Assembly: GCA_000320545.1 (NCBI GenBank)
Contig: ADNK01000635.1
Span: 1-55,625 of the forward strand
Direction: 5' to 3'
Source: Bigelowiella natans CCMP2755
Lineage: Eukaryota; Protista; Cercozoa
Length of the DNA: 55,625 bases
Positions 1 to 11,291 of the stretch are shown one piece after another (the first letter of the stretch is position 1; every line of letters begins with the position of its first letter). The notes under the pieces were generated by a model. It made no database searches. It was given only the letters and a program-made list of their open reading frames with translations, and had not been told where the DNA came from. The position numbers and the translations under genes are program-made.

Positions 1-28
1 AATATATATATATATAATAATAATATAT

Positions 29-76
<48 letters not shown>
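1..76. repeat. (TA)n microsatellite, probably intronic
   Basis: Direct reading of the sequence. Confidence 0.95.
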
Positions 77-78
<2 letters not shown>

Positions 79-129
79 TATTTTTTCATTTATATATTCA
101 TATTGATGTGCTGTGTGTGTCTGTCGGTG

Positions 130-701
130 TGAAAAGACCTCCCCCAATCCATATAAATCGTCTCGTCTAAAATCTCGCGTGTTTTTCCGGAAGGTGCCAT
201 CATCCTCTCGGTCAGTGGTGAGATCGATATCAAGCACGTTGCACAGGTCCACAAGGCAAAATAACAGGCCGCTGCGACCTATTATTGCAGCGTCAATATA
301 AGTGCGACGTTGGTACAAATCAAAAGAACAATGCGGGGAGGGGGGCTAATCCTAATAATGATAACGACAACGAGGAGGTGTATTGGTAGGGTTGTGATTA
401 CAAGGACGAGGGTGTCTAACATCGAGAGATAGAGGGAACACGTTAAAGAGAGGATGGAAGAGGACGGAAGAAATTCGGGGGCGCGGGCGTGGCAATCGTA
501 AGCTTTTCGGTGAAACAGCAGCAGCGAGATCATCACCATCGTCATAATTTGTGCTATGAAAGACAACAACCGTAAGTCCAGTCTTCTTGGTCGCAAAGCT
601 CCGTGCAAGCAAACCGACTAATTGAGGCTATCATTGCCACGCAAGACTCAACCTCCCTTGCATTTCCCCTCTCGAGGTGGTAGAGCAACTACAACAAATG
701 G

Positions 702-740
<39 letters not shown>

Positions 741-1199
741 AATATACTAACTGTTTATATATTCCCTCTTGTCAATTACTATGCAAAGGATACTACTCTC
801 TGGCGGTGTTAATGAGAACTTCCAAATGCTTCTTGTTATCATTATTCTTCTTCTCTATTTCTTGTTTTTCGTCTTACTTCAACGTATAAACGGCCTGCAT
901 AACCGCCCCAAAATCCCGTGCCGATCTCTCTTAGCGCCTCCTCATCTGTTCCAATCCTGCAAGATGGTGATGTGACATAACAGCAGAAGGAATTCAAAAC
1001 GGCGGCAGCCCCATAGTGGAATCTCTTGAGATATATTTGCTCCTTTCTTCTTGCCAGGACCGTGTTGATGATGCAGAAGAAACAACACAACCAACAATGC
1101 TATTGCTACTTCACTACCCAGCCCAGATCTCCTGACCATAAGCAATCAAATCTCCGGCCTGAGCATGCATCACGAAGAGTTGTTAATTAAGAGCGCGCA

Positions 1200-1236
<37 letters not shown>

Positions 1237-1562
1237 ATACACATACACACAACGACGATTTGATGCAAGAACAAGAGCAGAATCGATAGCAGCTACAGCG
1301 AGCACAATCTTCAGATGAAACCGTACGATTGCATGAAGAACAACAACGAATCGTGTTATCTCTTTTATAGACTGTCAGATCACTGCTACTACTACTACTA
1401 CTACTACTACTACAACTACTACTACTGCCACTGCTACGACTGCAACTTGTACTACTACTACTACTACTACTACTACTGACATGCTTCAGGAAGAGGTCTC
1501 TCTCTTCTTCAAACCATGGGTGTTGTGCAAGCCGCACAAACAAATAACCAACGCCTATAATT

Positions 1563-1602
<40 letters not shown>

Positions 1603-1884
1603 GATATTTATGTCAGTGCTGCATGACGAAGTGCACACACGCCCTAATAATTGTGACTGAATAAAAGAAAATAAGAGAGAGGGAGAGAGAGAGAGAGAGA
1701 ACTACCTGCTGCGCCTTCTTTGACGTTGGTTTTTGTTACAATAGTCTCTGAGTCCGCTCTTTCTTCCTCTGCACGTACGCAACAACACGGCAAGCACGAA
1801 TATGTTTCATCATCATCATTTGATTCCTGGTAGGTTGTTCACCGATCATAATACTCGCAGCATGCATACAACAATCATGCTTGG

Positions 1885-1923
<39 letters not shown>

Positions 1924-1985
1924 CGCATACATGATAATGTACACATGGAAGGATAATCGCATTAAACCGTTCAGCACTTTCCTCC

Positions 1986-2067
<82 letters not shown>

Positions 2068-2829
2068 ATATATATTATTTAGATGTTACATAATTGATAA
2101 CGACCGAGGTTTTTCCGGGTGAAATTTCTGTCCAAAATCTCCCCAAGAAACCACATGACTTTCTTGTATCTCCATCCCGTTGAATTGTGGGGACGAATCT
2201 CTGGATCGAGGTTGTGTATCGGCCCTTCCCCTAATCCGGACAACCGAACCATATTGCGTAAGTCTTATGAAACGTAATTTGCAGAGGTCATTAGAGTGGT
2301 GATGCTTGCATAAAGTTTTGGTAAAGACGATTTTAAATGGAACGTGAATAATATGCACCTTTCGCCGGCCGTCGTTCATCGCAGAAGCTGCATACTTTAT
2401 CCGCTGATATGTACAATGATAAAGCGTGCGGTATTATGCATCTTAAGCAATTTATAAAAGGTTAAGGCTGGCGTGCTCAGAGAAGTAAGTTGTCGTTCAG
2501 CAGCCTACACCTTGCTATATATTGCTGCTACGAGCGCCGTACTCACGCTCATTGCTACGGTGCCAATTTCTCTCACTCAAACCACTACCACTACTTTTAA
2601 CACGATGTTCGCAGAAGGGGGGGATGATGACAAAACTAATGACCCGTGAAACAGCAGGGTTATTCCAACAAAAATACCGATGATGTTTGCGCTTTTATCA
2701 CCATCGTTATTATCATCGATGCTTTCAGTTGAAGAAATTCAGTGAAAGCATCGTTTCCTCCTTTCCCCCCGCCTCCCCTTCCCCCTCCCTTCTAATGGTT
2801 AGCACCATAACAAAGCGCAGCATTCGTCC

Positions 2830-2868
<39 letters not shown>

Positions 2869-2949
2869 GATTATTGTTTATTCTGTACCTGCTCCGAGGT
2901 ACTCCCCGCAGATTTCGCATTCCCAACTCGAAGTCCTGCTCACTGTACC

Positions 2950-2999
<50 letters not shown>

Positions 3000-3818
3000 T
3001 AGTATATATTAAAAGCCACACGAAGAAAGAACACAAACAGAAATTAAAGCATCGATGAGGCAGCTCTCCTCTCCAACCACACGAACATCCCTGACACCAT
3101 CATCGTCTTTCTTCATCGTCACTAGTTACTCCGCTATCAGAAGCCTCACCACCAATCCATACCAGTAGTGCTAGAAGTAGGGAAACCGCTGCTTTCCGTG
3201 CTGTCGCAAAAGCTGTCAAAGTCGCTGGATTCTTGCTGCCTTTTGCGCCTTCTCCGTTTCTAGGTATGAAATGTGATGACAATATTCGGTTGAGCATTGT
3301 TTCTTCCCCCCCTCTCGTTTGTTCTTCCCTCCTCATAACTTGGCCGTCCATCGGGGCAAGAGTCACATGTCAGTAACTGACCTTTTGTGCTTCCTTTGGG
3401 TTGAACGAAGGGATATTAATCCCAGGAAGCGCCATGAATTCTTCCGCCCCCACCTTATTTTGTATTGTAGTATAAATAGTGGTAAAACGCATGCGGGGGG
3501 GCAGGGGGAGAAATGTGCATGCATATTACGCACCACGCCCTGGTGGAATTCATCATCAGCCTCCAAGTATTCTATCTCAGCCGCTCTTCTTAATCGTCGC
3601 TGCTCCTCAGCCTTATTGCGTGCTTCAGTGTCTGTTGTTATTGTTGTTATTGTTGTTGTTGTTGTTGTTGTTGGAACGGTGATATGCAGCAAGACCGCAA
3701 CAATATAAATACTGATGATGATGATAATGATTATATGCCCAAGGTGACAAAACTGTGCGATCGCAATCCATCGATTACGTGCTTATACCTCCACCCCCCC
3801 TTCTCCCTTCCACACACT

Positions 3819-3865
<47 letters not shown>

Positions 3866-5721
3866 GGTGAGTTTGTGCGAACCTTCCGATTGTTCATCGC
3901 TGTGTTTTTGCCCGAATTGACCATCAGTCTCTCCTTCCTCTTCCTCCTCCAGCATCTCATCTTTCTGCAGCTTCAGTTTGTAGCTTGATTGTACAATATC
4001 CCTCTGCATGCGGGCCACTGTCTCAGCTTTGAGCTCAGGAAAGCCCACCCCCCCCATCGGCCTCTGTTATTGAATTCACACGAAGAACACTTCTTAGAGA
4101 ACGTCGGTGTGTAGTGTTAAAACATGATTATCACAGCGACGATGACAATGACGATGTGATTGCTATTCTTCTCGGTGTCATAGTTCTTCTCTTCTTCCCT
4201 CGCCTCTCACCGTTGTCCCGTTTGCTGCCTTTCTGCCACGTTTGAATTCGAGAAATACGCTCCCCTCCGTCATGTTACGGATAGTAAGAACGCTCTCGCT
4301 TCCTCCTTCATCCTCTTCTCCAGCAATATTCAACTTCTCCACAAAGGAAGACGATAAGCTGCTGTTCTGGTTACAATCTGCCGTTATCCTGGTGTTGTTA
4401 TTGTCGTTATCTTCATCATCTTCACCATCATCACAGCAGCTAACGTGACGATCGTATTCATCCTCGTAAAAGCCCCCCAGAACGCCGAGGCCTGTCTCTT
4501 GTAGCTCCCTACGCTTCACATGTACTTTGAGAGCGCTGAGCCGCTGTGTCAGTGCGCCAAGTAATGATTCGGCACCTTTCTTTTTCCGCAACGTTTTGCT
4601 TCTCCCCTTCTCTCTCGCCATCTTATGCGACTGCTCCCTCCCCGCCTCCTCGTATGCAATACGTCCATTGTCACTATCTTCATCGCTCTCGCTCCGATCG
4701 CAGGCACCTCTACCTGTCCCCTCCTTGCTGTAAATCCTTCTGCTGTTCGTGCGACTTGAATTGGCGTGGGTGGAGTGGACATGCGCGAAGGGGAAACGAT
4801 AGTCTGACGGAAGATGAGTGCCATGCGTACAGAACCTGAGGCTGTCGGTCACAACAACAATAGTATCCAGTGAGAGAAGACAGAATATAAGTGGAACAAA
4901 CTCGTCGGGGGGAGGTGGTATGCGTGGTGTGAGTCTATTAAGTAGGATGCAGAGCTTATTCTTTTGTGAACAACATGTAAATTACTATGGATTCTGGTCC
5001 GGCGGAAGCTCGAAGCGATTAATCACATATCGTAGAAACCATTCATGCCTGGATACGTTGAAATTACTATATCTGAGTCTTCGCACTAGTACACCCAAAA
5101 TGCGATGTTTTGCTATAATCTGTCACTGATGTCTGTGAGAGATCGTCGCTTTTTGTGTGCCGGCGGTGATGGCGATGGTGGTTGATGGTGATGGTGGCGA
5201 TGGTGGTGGCGGCGGCGGCGGTGGTGGTTAAAGTGGTGGTAAATCATTGCTATTTCGTTGTTAGATGCTATAGGTACTTACTCTGGCAGGACATCCTTCG
5301 GAATGCAGACCTTACCTTTTTTGGGGGGGGGGGGGACAATAATGCGGCCATACTTAGGGGAGGAGAGTATATCACATATACGTACACATTACTTATGAGC
5401 ACTTGTGATCGTATGTTCGAGTGAGTGAGTGAGTGTGTGTGTGTGTGTGTGTGTGTTGATACATTCATATGTGCATGTATGCATGGGACCTCCGCGAAGC
5501 TTTCTTGCCATAATCCAAAGGGGAGTGCTACTGAAAGAATAACTGCCATCTTGCGCCCTGTTGCAGACTATATCAAGGTTCTTAGAACTTGATAGTGAGG
5601 AGCGAACTTCCCCTCTCATACGGAGAACTCCCAAACAAACGATGATGACAACAGTGGCACATAGTCTTCGCCGAGCAGCCACCGGACGCTGTTGGAGACG
5701 GCTCATGGTTCGAAAATCCAT
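130..5721 (-). CDS. Uncharacterised multi-exon protein gene (possibly two genes); N-terminal hydrophobic leader; probably continues beyond the window start
   Basis: ATG at 5721 gives MDFRTMSRL...RRRLCATVVIIVCLGVL...KLRGG. Protein-like GT-AG-bounded exons lie at ~5275-5315 (KVCIPKDVLP), ~4985-5075 (YSNFNVSRHEWFLRYVINRFELPP), 4178-4850, ~3880-4060, ~3520-3620, ~2110-2250, ~890-955, ~620-690 and ~140-270. No family recognised; boundaries approximate. Confidence 0.45.
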
Positions 5722-5949
5722 GCGTGTTCTATGAACCAAGCTCTAGGGCGAGTGTCAAGAATGCCCTACCCATGAATTTTGCAGAGCACGGCGTGGAGGC
5801 TGTAACAGGTGTACTCAAAGGGCTTCATCCTGAGGTGCTCTAAGAGCGGATTTTGTGACCATTTTCTGTAGATATTTGTCGCATGATTTTATTTTTTTGA
5901 GAGGAAGTTGTAGGAATTTCGCATGATACCATCGAAAATGAGAAAGCAT

Positions 5950-7100
5950 CACGTGTTTGGATGTGTCAAGCGTATGATTCTTCCAGAAAATCAGTGTGTC
6001 CGCTTGAATGTCATTAGCTGCGATGCGAAGGGCAAGGAGCACTGATGGAGTCCATGCTCAAAAGAGTTTTGGGTTTTTTTGAACATTGCATTGCAAATGT
6101 CTTTCAACATTTTGGAAATGTGGTCTGTCATCACGTCCATTCTGGCATTGTTCATTGTTCGTTGAACATTGAAAGTTGAACTTTGCATTGGTGCAGCTGC
6201 ATCGAACGAGTGAACTTGAATTGTCATCAGGCGTTCCGCAAAACCCAAAGGCAGCCACATGCACAGGGTGACAATCGAGCAACGATCGTGTGCGTGAATG
6301 CGAGCGCATTGACAGTCAGCATGGGGACGAAAGCAAAGCTCGGTCCACTTCACATTGCAAGCAACCATGCAATCTGGCAATGTTGGAACGTGTTTGCGTC
6401 CACTTTGCAGCGTTTGGGCGTGCACTAGCTGTGCAGGGCCAAAAGTGAATTTGTTGGCAGGCGCACGATGTGTTTGCGTTTCATTGCGTGAAAACGAAAG
6501 GCACTGACATCAATTGCAGAAAGTTGGTGAAGCCAGGCTAGCAGGAAGATGATGGACACAGTGACATGATGCACAACATGTGCATCGTGTTTCATGTCCA
6601 CAAACAAAACTGTGCTCATGATGGACACAGTGATGTGACATGCAACATGTGCATCGCATTGCATGTCCATGATGAAGGTGCAAAGGCACACTTGATTGCT
6701 GGATTGGTGTCACATTGGTGTTTGTGATGAAACAAGGTGATGACATTTTGTTTTGTTCTCTCTGATTCAGAAGGCATGTTTAGTGACATCATGCATGTAA
6801 TGTCAAGTTCTATAGCGATGTCTGCAATGTGCGTCTGTCATGCTGCTGTGCAGACAGGGCAGACATGCTAGAGCTAGCATGCACATGATCGAACGAGCCG
6901 TTGAAACAAACAATCCATGAGAGCAGCACTGTGAAAAGAATGCTGAATCCACGCACATGCATGTTTCATGCATCACAGTCACAGTCACACACACACACAC
7001 ACACACACACGTACTAGCACACACATCCACATACATAAACACGCAAGCACACGCATTATGCAGCTTTGAACATGTGTACGTGAACATGTACATGTGCATC
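5950..7100. mobile_element. Degenerate repeat/TE-like block A, TpA-depleted
   Basis: Only two TA dinucleotides seen in 6017-6780, both in CTAG. Contains a copy of the shared repeat unit (6081-6136) and an internal 52-bp duplication. No transposase recognised. Confidence 0.5.
6549..6669 (+). repeat. 52-bp direct duplication (6549-6600 and 6618-6669, period 69)
   Basis: atgatggacacagtgaCAtgaTGCAcaacatgtgcatcgTGttTcatgtcca versus atgatggacacagtgaTGtgaCATGcaacatgtgcatcgCAttGcatgtcca. Confidence 0.9.
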
Positions 7101-7216
7101 GTACATTATGCAATTTCCTTAAATTAGTGACATACTTTTTGGCAAACATGAATCGGCTCTTTCATGCACATCTTCAGGAAACAGGAGCTGCCGTAACATC
7201 TGGTGGAAGGGATTAT

Positions 7217-8848
7217 CTACTTCATGCCTCCAGCTCTGATAAATGAGACAGACGCCAAAGTACTGAGGAAAACTGCTGCTGATATTCCCATCAGCCTCGC
7301 AGACGCGTCTTCCTTTGCTGTTGTCATTTTGAGTTCTTCGAGCGAAACCTGCGACCACGATAAAAATTTTCAGCAAAATGCATTGGAAGGGTAAAAATAC
7401 TTCAACCTTTGGCCACAGCTTGTAGAGATCCATTGCCGAAGAGACCATCGCTGTCCCCCTTCACGGTAGAAAAATTACGGATAAAGATATGATTGAGTAT
7501 ACATTCAACAGAGTGGCAGCTACGGTTCTAGAGTCAAAGATTATGGCAGCTTCAGGACCTCAAGACCATACGACATATCACACACACACACACACACACA
7601 AATACACCAAATTACATCGCATACCCGCACACAATCTCGTTCGTGACAAGTCCAGGGAAGCTAGATATATGGCCGATTGTGATAGCGGTTAGCCCGGCCT
7701 TTCAACATGACAATTGAGCAATTATCAGGATTGCTAAAAAGATTACTAAATGCAAACAGTCTTTTAAATGAGATGGGGAGAAGGAGGAAGTCAGAGGCGT
7801 AAAACAAACGACGACCAACCTTCATGAAGTTCCAACGCGCTTCAGCTTGCCTCTTGGCTTCTTTGCTATCTTCACTGCTGGGCTCCTCACCGAGGTATCC
7901 CTAACGTGTAAGAGTAAGAACAGTAACAACATCAATGACCCAACGATGGAAAGGGAACACGGGAAATGTGGTAGTTTTGGACGAAGTGCGAGAGATTTGA
8001 GTGAGGTCTGGAAATCAGTGTATGGCGTTGTCGTTGTCCTTGATGGTGGTGCGATATATTAATTGATAGTATATTACCTTAATGAACATTGCCAAACAAG
8101 TGATCAGCTGTGCCAGAGTGAACAGACGATAGCTAAACTTTAGAACCTGGCAATGGCGAGAATGTAGACAAGAGCACGTCACTCAAGACTTGATCGGTAT
8201 GCCCCTAAATCTCCAATTTTCATGTTCTTCATTCTTCAATCTTTAAGAATTATTATCAATAGATCACCTCAGCTTGGCTCCCTTCAGCCCACTTGATGAG
8301 GATAAGGAACCTGTGCGATGATACATGATGATGGGGCAGGTAGCTTATAAACGAGCAAATTTGGGCTGATAAGACCTGTAGTGATCAATGGCCGGCCAGA
8401 GAGCTGAGAGAAATTGTGCGGCGACGTACAATGGGTGAAGATTGTCCCCCCAAGGCTTGTTCTTTAGCCCATCTCGAAACTGGAGAGGTGTTAGTCATTC
8501 ATACGATTCAATTTATTCTGGAGGGCCACTACCTTTTTGAGGACACCAACGCTATTGAACAAACGAAAAACTCGACGAGCGTCCATCAAAACTCTGAAGG
8601 CACTCCAGTTTTTCTCCATCAGATATCTTCCGAAATCAAACGCTTAGTGAGCAACAACATTAATTGCATGGGTGATTCTGGCAACATTACTTTAGATCTT
8701 CCGCATGAAGAGGAAGTACCCCCTGCTGCATTATTCCTTTGTTGAATCTGCAAAGGTACTGGAGGAAGCGCAAGATCTTATCCTTGGCGGTGAAGGAGCT
8801 GAGCACTTTGGTGAAAGCATCAACATCCGAACGTAGGTGCGCCGCCAT
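7217..8848 (-). CDS. PEX11: Peroxisomal biogenesis factor 11 (multi-exon)
   Basis: Exon 1 MAAHLRSDVDAFTKVLSSFTAKDKILRFLQYLCR resembles the Pex11 (R)DKxxRxxQY motif. Next exon LMDARRVFRLFNS resembles the amphipathic RKxFRL helix. A late exon GTAMVSSAMDLYKLWPK resembles the C-terminal GxxSSxxxxYxxWP. Stop TAG at 7217-7219. Largely missed by the ORF track because the exons are short. Confidence 0.8.
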
Positions 8849-9029
8849 TGTTCCAATTGATTTGACACTACATTTTTTTTCGATGTTCCGAGAATGAAGG
8901 TTGTCGCATGCATCATTCTTCCTACATCTCTGATTTTAGTTGCAGTACCCCTTCTAAACAAGGACGAGACGACTAGGAATGGAGGAGTGGCTAGAATGCC
9001 ATTCTTGATTCCTTTTTGTTTCACTAGTT

Positions 9030-10620
9030 AGTTCTCACTAGCCCACCAAAGTCAGTTCGAGGCACAGTTTTCAGTCCTCACTGAAGCCAGTTCGAGGCAC
9101 TGCATTTCGCACACTGCAAGTGTCTTGTCACACTTTGGAAGTGTGGTTTTTCATCATTGTTCTCATTGCACTGACACCCCAGTTCGAGGCACTGCACTTC
9201 TTCCATTGCAAGTGTCTTGCCACACTTTGGAAATGCAGTTTTTCATCATTGTTTTGTTCTTGTTCTCGTTGCGACTGCAACCAAAAGTGAAAATTTCGAA
9301 TGCATTCGCTTCCTTTGAGTGCTCAGCGTCGACGCCACATCGCTGTCAGTTGCGTTGCTCCACACTCCACAATGACCAGAATGCCGATTTCAAATTCCTG
9401 CTGGTTTCGCCCGTTGGACCTCACCATGGCTAGTTCGAGGCACTGTTTTTCGCACACTGCAAACGTCTTTTGTGCAACGTTTTGGAAGTGCAGTTTGTGT
9501 TTCTTTCTTTCTTTTTTTCATCATTGCCTTTGTCTTTGTCTTGATCTTCGCCAAAACGAAGAAACGAAGAACCTGTGCAGACACAATGCTGTGCACGGCC
9601 CCTCTTCTCCAGTTCTGCCTGTCTCAAACACAATCTGGCAATGATGAACGTGTGCACCAAGCACAGAACGCAAGAGAAAAGGTGCGCACTCGTGCGAGAA
9701 GCGGGGGGGAATTGAATTGCGTGCTGGCGTGCGCATGCAGGGACGCAATGACGTCGCGGACACACCCAGACGTGCACGTGCTTGCACGACTGGATGAACG
9801 TGTCCAGATGTCTGCGGTTGGTGCGTGCGGGCGTGCCAGCGTGTCCAATCCAGCAACAAAGGACACATCTCACCCTTCGATTCAGCAGCTGCCCTCTCAG
9901 CACGCACTGCTCCGGCCACTCTGTCACACCCACATTGCATCGCATTGCTGCATTGCTGCACACACGCACGTGCCGCTGGGATTGCGCACAAGCCAATCAT
10001 GCTGGCAATTGCCAGAATTCGCTTCCGTTCATTTCCCTGATCGACGGACTGGCCACAGCTAGACAGGGGACCCCGAACCAGCGCAGCGAAGAAAAACAAC
10101 CATTTAGACCATCACTGTGGCAAGCAAGCACGCTAGCACAGTCCAACAGTGAAAGTTTCCCTCTTTGTCCAGAGGACGACACCGCAAGACCGTGATGAAC
10201 GCGCTCAGCTTGTCAGAGCAAGAGAGCTGTCGCCTGTTCGACACTCGCATATGAGAGACTGCTGACTGCGACGAGCAGCAGGGATCGTGCCATCACGTAT
10301 TGGTGCAAACACACGCCGTGCGCTGGGTGTCAGGAGCGGCTGCACAATTGAAGCCGAAAGTGCATGCATTGCCAGTCTAGCAGTGCTTCGTGTGCGTGCC
10401 AGACGTGTCATCCGTGTGCTGGACACACGCCATTGCAGGTCCTTTATCAATGGCTCTTGATCGAATGGTCGCAACAACAGACACACCGCAACATGGTTTG
10501 AAATTCAAGACAATCTGATCCTTCCATTTGTGTGACGAGGATGAACGTGAAGAAAGGTTGCAACTCTGACTCACCCAATTGGAACATCACACACAATGTC
10601 TAATTGCTAACCCTAATGTA
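9030..10620. mobile_element. Degenerate repeat/TE-like block B, TpA-depleted
   Basis: One TA (in CTAG, 9431) seen in 9041-10059 while CpG is abundant. Begins with several copies of an AGTTCGAGGCAC-headed unit that also occurs inverted at ~47.6-47.7 kb. Confidence 0.55.
9054..9525 (+). repeat. Irregularly spaced ~60-90-bp repeat units headed by AGTTCGAGGCAC
   Basis: 12-mer at 9054, 9089, 9181 and 9432. Three of these continue with ...tgcaa.tgtctt....tttggaaRtgYRgtt...tcatcattg. Related copies at 6081-6136 (+) and ~47620-47724 (-). Confidence 0.85.
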
Positions 10621-10645
10621 ATCCAACACTATCAAAGTGACAATG

Positions 10646-11233
10646 CTACATGCCCTGTTGGTGGCGACGGAGCATAAGTAGGCCCTGATCGATCCGATCC
10701 AAAGCTTCCTGCCGCTCTTGCCTTTCCATCTCGGCGTCCTCTCGATTCAGCGTGCTAGCTCGGTGATATCCGTGTCTCTGATCCGGGGCGCTTGCTATCC
10801 CACCGGCGTGTTTAATGTGCGCGTACCTTGCTCTCTCACGCGCATCTAAATAGCGCAGCTTTGTGTTGAACTCATTACAGCTGGCACTGGCTGCTTCTTT
10901 GTCTGCTCGGCGAGTGGTCTGAATTTCATGTGCAAGTTGTTGGCGTTCGAACCGAGATAGGTGTTCTTGCTTCTCTCTTTCCCTGGCTTTTGCTTTCTTG
11001 AGTTCAAGGATTTGTCGCTCCAGCAGCCGAACGTTCTCTCGCTGGTACATTCTATACATTGATATAAATATGGCAGATGCAAAGAGGGAAAATTATATCA
11101 GATTCTCATCGCCGAATTCATGATGTATATGGTAGTCAAACGAGAAAAATATTAGCAACACAGAAATGAAAGCACGCAGAAACGATCAAATAACAGTTGT
11201 TCAAATGTGTCAGCACCGTGTGTCAGTGTAACA

Positions 11234-11291
<58 letters not shown>

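Noticed and set aside
677-3990. ORFs with poly-HT, poly-CV, poly-YI, poly-S and poly-I runs (also 32401-32650, 39352-39749 and others)
   Set aside because: Translations of intronic microsatellites, not proteins.
9054-9200. tRNA gene suggested by GTTCGA
   Set aside because: No cloverleaf or A-box could be built; kept only as a B-box-like hint.
9054-9525. CRISPR-like array of AGTTCGAGGCAC repeats
   Set aside because: Spacing is irregular (35, 92, 251 bp), the intervening sequences are homologous to each other, there are no cas genes, and the context is eukaryotic.
9125-10574. Cys/His-rich ORFs as functional metal-binding proteins (also 5991-7099, 51477-51903)
   Set aside because: Explained by loss of TAA/TAG/TAY codons in TA-poor DNA; they overlap in many frames with no recognisable motif.
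10607-10616. Telomeric CTAACCCTAA (also ~52533)
   Set aside because: Under two units; expected by chance.
5950-10620. Ordinary CpG methylation decay or fungal-type RIP as the cause of TG/CA excess in blocks A and B
   Set aside because: CpG remains frequent and TpA is the missing dinucleotide; those processes would leave or increase TpA. Not formally excluded until substitutions are polarised.
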